This document shows, piece after piece, positions 42,999 through 47,732 of a stretch of DNA of 47,732 bases. Both the position numbers and the translations under genes were made by a program. Every line of letters begins with the position of its first letter. Positions within the stretch are counted from its first letter, which is position 1. This DNA is from a virus: positions 1 to 47,732 of IMG/VR virus record IMGVR_UViG_3300043602_000027; one strand, written 5' to 3'. A model generated the notes under the pieces. That model had not been told where the DNA came from. It saw nothing but the letters and a program-made list of their open reading frames with translations, and did not search any database.

Positions 42999-45515
42999 TT
43001 AAGCTACCTTTTTAAACTTTTCCAAGTCTTTGTAGTTCTCTCTGCCTATTGTGAAATCAGCAGGAATTATTAATTTATAATCCCGCTGGAAAGTCCCAAA
43101 ACTAAAATCAATCGGACGCTCAAGTTCTTCTCTAGCAGTGCCGATATACTCGGCAATTTGATTCTCGTTATTTGGGATTAGTGCCAGCAAAGCGTCGTGC
43201 CCTTCCAAGACATACTTGACCCACTTCAGTCTTCGCTGAACTCTCATCCCTGCGTGCTTAGTCTGATTACTAACCACTGACTGCGGCAAATAACTATAAG
43301 CTTCTTTGAGAAGGTCATTCGACCACCTATCAAAAAACATACGTCGGGTGCCGCGCGACATTACATTGCCATATGGGTCATACAGTAATGGCCCGTCTAA
43401 TATCCTATCTTTGTTTAACTTCTCTTCTATTGTAGCATGAAACACGCCACGAACTTTAGGGCAATTCTTGTGAAATTCTTCTAGGATTTTACCAGCGCGC
43501 CACTCACTTATCTTTAGGTCAAAGCCATATTTCTTGGCATCCGTGTTCACGTTCATCATAAACGTGTGCTTTTGGATACCCAAATTTCCCGCGTGCCTGC
43601 CAGTTTTACCTATAAACCGGCGCATATCTTCTTTGTCTAGCTTTGCTTTACACTCGAAAACATTGGGCAGTTCTTTGAATACCCACGTTGCGACTTGCCA
43701 GTGTAAATCAAATCGCGGGTCATCCAATAAAGCTAGCGACTCCCAATCTTCTGCTAAAACAAAAACAACTCTAGCTTCTGCTTGTGATAAGTCAGCGTTG
43801 ATAAATACATATCCTTCGTCGGGAATATACATCTCACATATATCAGCACCGACATCTCCATGTTTGGTGAGAGTCTGGAATGCAACTCCCATAGACTTCT
43901 CAGGACGAATAGGCGCAGCAATATTGCTAGTGCTTGTTCTGTCAGTTTCAGTTCCGCATATGTTATAGCACGTTCGCATTCTACCGTCGTAATCTGGTTT
44001 AGCGAGGATATATGTAGAAACAGTTTTACGTATCTTCCGTTCCTCAAGAATATCTGACAGGATATTTTTCGTTCGCTCTGATTTAGCATTGTTCGCCATT
44101 AACGCAGTGAGCGTTTCTTCATCTGCTGACGGAGTTTTAATCTTTGAACCATCCTTCTTCTTTCTAACTTTAAAACGCATAGGTAACTTAAGGTCTGTAT
44201 AAACACACCTAATGACTTGAGGCGTCGAACCAACGTTGAGGTCATAACCTAAGTTCCCTGTTGTCCTAGCGTGAACTGTCTCGTAGAGTAGAAGATACTT
44301 ATCTAGTAGCTGTTGCCTCTTTACTTCATCAACTCTAAATCCCACTCGCTCCATGTCTAGATAGAAGCGATGCCTTGGCATATAGCAGGTATGATAAAGC
44401 TCGATAAGTCCAAGCTCTGTCATCTCTTCATACTGGCAATCATGCACTTCTTCGGTTACTGGTGCATCTTTGGCATTGTAAAGAAGTCTACGCTCGTAGC
44501 TATCTTTCTTAATGTCAAACTCTTTACGCTCATCTTTATAGTATGGCTCTCTCGTATATATACTGGAAAGGAAGCCTAAGAATTTTGGCATCTCTGGATT
44601 CAATACATGGGATGCAATACTCGTATCCCCCCATAGCATATCTAATACAAATCCTAGCCTTAGTATCTTGTCTTCATCATACTTAAAGTTCTGTCCTATC
44701 TTTTTAATCTTTGGGTCGTTTAAAACTTCTGCTGCTGCTTTCCAGATATGAGCTAGCTCAGTTGCTGGTATGCCTCTCACGTTGACGCAGGACATTGCAT
44801 CAAACAATGGGATTGACATACCCTGTGCGCGCCCTGCACTAAAACTCATACAGTCGGGGACGCACTTTAGAGCTTCGATATCTACGGCAGTTTTACCATT
44901 CTTATAAATCTCTTCAACAAACCGATAGAAGTGCAGGCTACCGTGGCAAATCTCCAGCGTGCGTTCGGGTAAATCTAGAGTCTCTGTCAGCGATTCTTCC
45001 AACGCCCGCGCTATATCATGTCTTATGACTTGCTTGTAAAGAAATTTAAAAACTCCACGGCCCGATTCAATGTCGTCATTCTGGTAAAGTAAATTCGCCG
45101 GGTGCCACGTTGCTACGACTTTCGGAATTCCCTGAATAGAGGGAAGTATAGAGCCGCGCCAGTTGCCAATCCCTTTCTTACCAGTAAGAGCCGTCAACGC
45201 GCGCTCGCCTAATGCCAGTATGCAATTAGGTTTTACACTTTCTATCTCATCCCACAGTAATTTAACTTGTGTATCTAGGTCTGGCTCGCCGGGATTCCAA
45301 ATTGTGAAATCGTTATTAGGTGGTCGATATTTTCTGACGTTAGTAACATAAACTTGATTGCGACTTGAGCCAGCTTCTTCTAAAAACTTATCTAGTAACT
45401 CACCAGATGGCCCAACAAAGGGCCGCCCTTGCTCATCTTCATTTTTACCGGGCGCTTCTCCAACTATCATCAGTCTGCTGGAGAATGGCCCCATACCCGG
45501 AACGAACTTCGCCAT
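42999..45515 (-). CDS. family-A DNA polymerase fused to an N-terminal UDG-family-4-like domain
   Basis: UDG4 motifs IVGEAPGKNEDEQGRPFVGPSG and WHPANLL. Exo-like AVDIEA. Pol motif A INADLSQAEARV, motif B RRFIGKTGRHAGNLG, motif C LEGHDALL. Confidence 0.85.
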   Translation of the reverse strand: MAKFVPGMGPFSSRLMIVGEAPGKNEDEQGRPFVGPSGELLDKFLEEAGSSRNQVYVTNVRKYRPPNNDFTIWNPGEPDLDTQVKLLWDEIESVKPNCILALGERALTALTGKKGIGNWRGSILPSIQGIPKVVATWHPANLLYQNDDIESGRGVFKFLYKQVIRHDIARALEESLTETLDLPERTLEICHGSLHFYRFVEEIYKNGKTAVDIEALKCVPDCMSFSAGRAQGMSIPLFDAMSCVNVRGIPATELAHIWKAAAEVLNDPKIKKIGQNFKYDEDKILRLGFVLDMLWGDTSIASHVLNPEMPKFLGFLSSIYTREPYYKDERKEFDIKKDSYERRLLYNAKDAPVTEEVHDCQYEEMTELGLIELYHTCYMPRHRFYLDMERVGFRVDEVKRQQLLDKYLLLYETVHARTTGNLGYDLNVGSTPQVIRCVYTDLKLPMRFKVRKKKDGSKIKTPSADEETLTALMANNAKSERTKNILSDILEERKIRKTVSTYILAKPDYDGRMRTCYNICGTETDRTSTSNIAAPIRPEKSMGVAFQTLTKHGDVGADICEMYIPDEGYVFINADLSQAEARVVFVLAEDWESLALLDDPRFDLHWQVATWVFKELPNVFECKAKLDKEDMRRFIGKTGRHAGNLGIQKHTFMMNVNTDAKKYGFDLKISEWRAGKILEEFHKNCPKVRGVFHATIEEKLNKDRILDGPLLYDPYGNVMSRGTRRMFFDRWSNDLLKEAYSYLPQSVVSNQTKHAGMRVQRRLKWVKYVLEGHDALLALIPNNENQIAEYIGTAREELERPIDFSFGTFQRDYKLIIPADFTIGRENYKDLEKFKKVA

Positions 45516-45754
45516 TAGGCTATGACCTGCATCTTTGGTTTAATTGATACTGGACCGTAGTTTACTTTATCTATGTTTTGAATTGGATAGTTGTATCTAA
45601 TCTGAGCGTGGACATGCTCGATGAAATGAACTTTATCTATGATGGTAAAGTTTTTCATTTGTGGATGTTTGCTTGAATCAAATATAACTTTGTCTATCTC
45701 GCCGTTCTTATATTCAATCCATGCCGTGACGATAAAGTCGTTCATCTTAATCAT
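45515..45754 (-). CDS. hypothetical protein (79 aa)
   Basis: ORF track. Its stop overlaps the polymerase start. Confidence 0.5.
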   Translation of the reverse strand: MIKMNDFIVTAWIEYKNGEIDKVIFDSSKHPQMKNFTIIDKVHFIEHVHAQIRYNYPIQNIDKVNYGPVSIKPKMQVIA

Positions 45755-45762
45755 GGCTATCT

Positions 45763-45960
45763 TTATCTATACGGATTCACTAGTCTTTGCATCAGATGTG
45801 CGAGTAATACTATGTCTCTCTGCGTTTGCTTCACTCTTCCTAATATTATTCTCTTATCAGCATCAGAGTCTAGGTCTTCTTTATACTGCTTGATATTTCT
45901 GGTTCGCATTTCTTCTAGTTCTTCCCACACTTTATCCATGTAGTCACTCCAGAAACTCAT
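45763..45960 (-). CDS. hypothetical protein (65 aa)
   Basis: ORF track. Starts just after terminator 45961-45995. Confidence 0.5.
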   Translation of the reverse strand: MSFWSDYMDKVWEELEEMRTRNIKQYKEDLDSDADKRIILGRVKQTQRDIVLLAHLMQRLVNPYR

Positions 45961-45995
45961 AAAGTAAAACTAGGGGGCGGTTTAATTCCCCCTAG
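45961..45995 (-). terminator. intrinsic terminator after the acidic-protein gene
   Basis: CTAGGGGG-10 nt-CCCCCTAG (45970-45995), followed on the minus strand by TTTTACTTT. Confidence 0.7.
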
Positions 45996-45998
45996 CAC

Positions 45999-46175
45999 CT
46001 AGTCCTTATCGTCTTCGTCTTCGTCTTCCGTTAGCTCGACGATATCAGATTCATCGTCGTCATCGAAGTCATCATCGTCAGAGTTATCAACGATGTTGGT
46101 GCTGTCTTCGTTGGTGTCTTCAGCGTCGTCGTCTTTCTCTACTGGCTCTGGCACTGGTGTTTTCTTTAGTGGCAT
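45999..46175 (-). CDS. 58-aa hyper-acidic protein (29 of 58 residues Asp/Glu), DNA-mimic candidate
   Basis: My own translation: MPLKKTPVPEPVEKDDDAEDTNEDSTNIVDNSDDDDFDDDDESDIVELTEDEDEDDKD. GGAG SD 7-8 nt upstream. Its stop lies 3 nt before the terminator hairpin. Confidence 0.55.
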   Translation of the reverse strand: MPLKKTPVPEPVEKDDDAEDTNEDSTNIVDNSDDDDFDDDDESDIVELTEDEDEDDKD

Positions 46176-46188
46176 CTCTCTTCTCCTA

Positions 46189-46410
46189 TTAAACTAAACC
46201 ATTCAGCACGATTGCTGCATTGCAGTCCATCCGAACTTCCCGAAGCTTTCGGAGCGCGGCACTTCTATCCGCACAGTCTGGCACTAACCGAAGAATTTCT
46301 TTTGCCAGTGCTATTTGCAGTTCCCTGAGAACTTCCATCTTCTCAGTTTGTTCTGCACTGGGACCGTGGTAGGTGAACACTTCCTTTACGTTGTCAAGTG
46401 TGACTGGCAT
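46189..46410 (-). CDS. small helical protein (73 aa) with FTYHxP...NAAI motif
   Basis: ORF track. Strong SD (CTAGCATAGGAGAACAAG-ATG). The pattern VFTYHGPSAEQ...ALRKLREVRMDCNAAI recalls a widespread small phage family whose name I cannot give with certainty. Confidence 0.6.
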   Translation of the reverse strand: MPVTLDNVKEVFTYHGPSAEQTEKMEVLRELQIALAKEILRLVPDCADRSAALRKLREVRMDCNAAIVLNGLV

Positions 46411-46684
46411 CTTGTTCTCCTATGCTAGTAAATTAAGCAGCCAGTTTTTTGGATATGGTAAAACTGGCAAAACCATCCATGCTAACTAGAGGGTGCCACC
46501 GCGCAGCATGGCCTACTGCGTCTGGTCTAATGACCAGCCCCTGAGTTAGCGCGGCTCTTAAATTGTTAGTGAGTTAGTGTGAGCAGGTAGGATTTTTTAA
46601 ATGGAAACCCTACCATAAAACCATATCAGCCTACTAGTAAGAGTTAAACGGCTAGGAAAAACCCCTACTCTTATAGGCTAATTC

Positions 46685-47062
46685 TTACACCGTGCGAAAG
46701 CCATCCACTTCGTTAGTCGGACGACCGTTGTATTCCCCACGCTTAACGTGAACCTTGATGTTCTTCCCAACGGAATCCTCAAGGTCATACGTCTTGCCTT
46801 CCGTGAATTCCCCACCGACCGCAGTGACGAACTGGTTGAGCAAGGGAGCAAACACTTCGTTAAAGGTAGTACGAAGTCTGACTCCTTCGTCATCTCCCGC
46901 TGCAACACGAAATCCCAAATTCCGATTCAAAGAACCGGGATTCTTCGATGTTTGAGAAGCGGGTGACTCTTCATACTTGTCCACTACACAGTCAAACCAG
47001 CCGGGTTTGAGTAACTTACTGGAATTTACGTCATCCTTGGTAATTGTTAATTTTGTACCCAT
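46685..47062 (-). CDS. DUF669-like protein (putative ssDNA-binding, OB-fold)
   Basis: The ORF track gives 46685..47218. The ATG at 47062 (MGTKLTITKDD) follows AAGGAGAG and avoids overlap with the HNH gene. The pattern LKPGWFDCVVDKYEESPASQTSKNPG..LGFRV plus its place in the Sak4 neighbourhood suggests DUF669/SSB-like (weak). Confidence 0.45.
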   Translation of the reverse strand: MGTKLTITKDDVNSSKLLKPGWFDCVVDKYEESPASQTSKNPGSLNRNLGFRVAAGDDEGVRLRTTFNEVFAPLLNQFVTAVGGEFTEGKTYDLEDSVGKNIKVHVKRGEYNGRPTNEVDGFRTV

Positions 47063-47099
47063 GATACTCAGTCTCTCCTTGTTTTCACAGTTGGTTGTC

Positions 47100-47528
47100 T
47101 TACAGTGATTGAAACTTCTTTGTTTGTTTTCTATTCCATAGTTTAGTCCTTTCGTTTTTGCACTCCCTACATTGACGACCCTTTGAACTATATACAGTGT
47201 TGTCAACAGTAAGTTCATGGCCTCTTTTACAGTGTGTTATTACTCTGTCTGCCATGTTTTGTGCGTTAGTTCCTATATAGAGATGTTCAGGATTCCAGCA
47301 ATCTACAAACTTGCATGTTCCATCTTTAGTTTTATGTAAAACATGAAGCTTGGATTTAAAATCAAAATCCTGAGTAATCCACATTATCAATCTACTAACT
47401 AAAATATACTTTCCTTTGTAACCAATTCGTGGTCTACCTAAAGATAGATATCCTAGCCAGCGCCAGCATTCTCCATCCATTGACTTATACTTGTTAAGTC
47501 GGGCCAGCACTTTCTCTTTCTCGGTCAT
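47100..47528 (-). CDS. HNH homing endonuclease
   Basis: CWRWLGY...CWNPEHLYIGTNAQNMADR plus C-terminal HCKRGH...CRECK zinc motif. AT-rich relative to flanking genes. ATGA overlap with the Sak4-like gene stop. Confidence 0.75.
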   Translation of the reverse strand: MTEKEKVLARLNKYKSMDGECWRWLGYLSLGRPRIGYKGKYILVSRLIMWITQDFDFKSKLHVLHKTKDGTCKFVDCWNPEHLYIGTNAQNMADRVITHCKRGHELTVDNTVYSSKGRQCRECKNERTKLWNRKQTKKFQSL

Positions 47529-47732
47529 TTGAGTGGAGTAACATTTAGCTCGCCATTGATAATCTGATAAAGTGTTTTAGGATATGTAACATCCATCAAC
47601 TTTGGGAGGTCGCAACTGGTGCGAGCGAAATCATCACCAACATTTTGTGTGGTAATCATGTATCTTACGTTACCACTATTCATATCTTTATCACAATATG
47701 CGTGCCAGATTTCATCGAAGTATCCCGGCAGT
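47525..47732 (-). CDS. Sak4-like ATPase, C-terminal part (continuation of 1..599)
   Basis: My own translation: ...LPGYFDEIWHAYCDKDMNSGNVRYMITTQNVGDDFARTSCDLPKLMDVTYPKTLYQIINGELNVTPLK*. TGA at 47527..47525. The last 24 nt duplicate bases 1-24. Confidence 0.75.
   Translation of the reverse strand, partial: LPGYFDEIWHAYCDKDMNSGNVRYMITTQNVGDDFARTSCDLPKLMDVTYPKTLYQIINGELNVTPLK
47709..47732. repeat. terminal overlap copy 2
   Basis: Exact 24-nt repeat of bases 1-24. Confidence 0.95.

Noticed and set aside
46411-46684. Looked for a tRNA or defined ncRNA in the structured 274-bp gap
   Set aside because: Several stems exist, but there is no cloverleaf geometry, T-loop (GTTCRANNC) or 7-nt anticodon loop. 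I kept it only as a leader region within a finding.
1-47732. Searched for a lysogeny module, reverse transcriptase/DGR, a phage RNA polymerase and the cyanobacterial HIP1 word GCGATCGC
   Set aside because: There is no integrase, recombinase, CI-like repressor, RT motifs (YxDD) or single-subunit RNAP motifs in any frame-track protein. I saw no GCGATCGC. These absences rest on eye-level motif reading, not HMM searches.

Overview
The window is a complete, circularly closed genome of a tailed dsDNA phage. Bases 1-24 recur exactly at 47709-47732, giving a unique length of 47,708 bp, and a Sak4-like ATPase gene reads across the junction. Genes form two opposed arms. They diverge from one control region (13651-14422) and converge on one hairpin terminator (40858-40886).

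The minus arm runs 13650 down to 1, then wraps 47732 down to 40890. It carries replication, recombination and accessory genes:
- a CobS/MoxR-like AAA+ ATPase with a partner protein;
- a ParB-like nuclease-domain protein;
- an SNF2 helicase;
- a Cas4-like PD-(D/E)XK exonuclease;
- the Sak4-like ATPase;
- an HNH homing endonuclease;
- a DUF669-like putative SSB;
- a family-A DNA polymerase with a fused UDG-family-4-like domain;
- a DUF3987-type helicase-like protein;
- a PEP-CTERM secreted protein as the last gene.

The plus arm (14423-40852) starts at a perfect consensus sigma70 promoter. It encodes small early-looking proteins (including a DUF2829/Tad2-like protein), then TerL, portal, scaffold, major capsid, an Ig-domain head protein, tail and fibre proteins, a small GNAT and four large internal-virion-like proteins.

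I could not recognise an integrase, repressor, RNA polymerase, primase, tRNA, CRISPR array, reverse transcriptase, tape measure, sheath or lysis cassette. A virulent, probably short-tailed phage is therefore an inference.

Most interesting signals:
1. Two mutually inverted arrays of 12-bp iterons flank a promoter, an A14 tract and a G/GA-rich tract. This is a candidate origin or centromere-like site.
2. The palindrome GCGCGC is about 7-fold over-represented.
3. A visibly GC-richer early island holds the AAA+ pair and is framed by repeats and hairpins.
4. The phage encodes a PEP-CTERM protein.
5. Candidate anti-defence genes are present: a Tad2-like protein, a 50% Asp/Glu 58-aa protein and a small helical protein.
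6. Two perfect 14-bp palindromes sit in the divergent control region.

All functional calls rest on motifs read by eye. No database search was possible.
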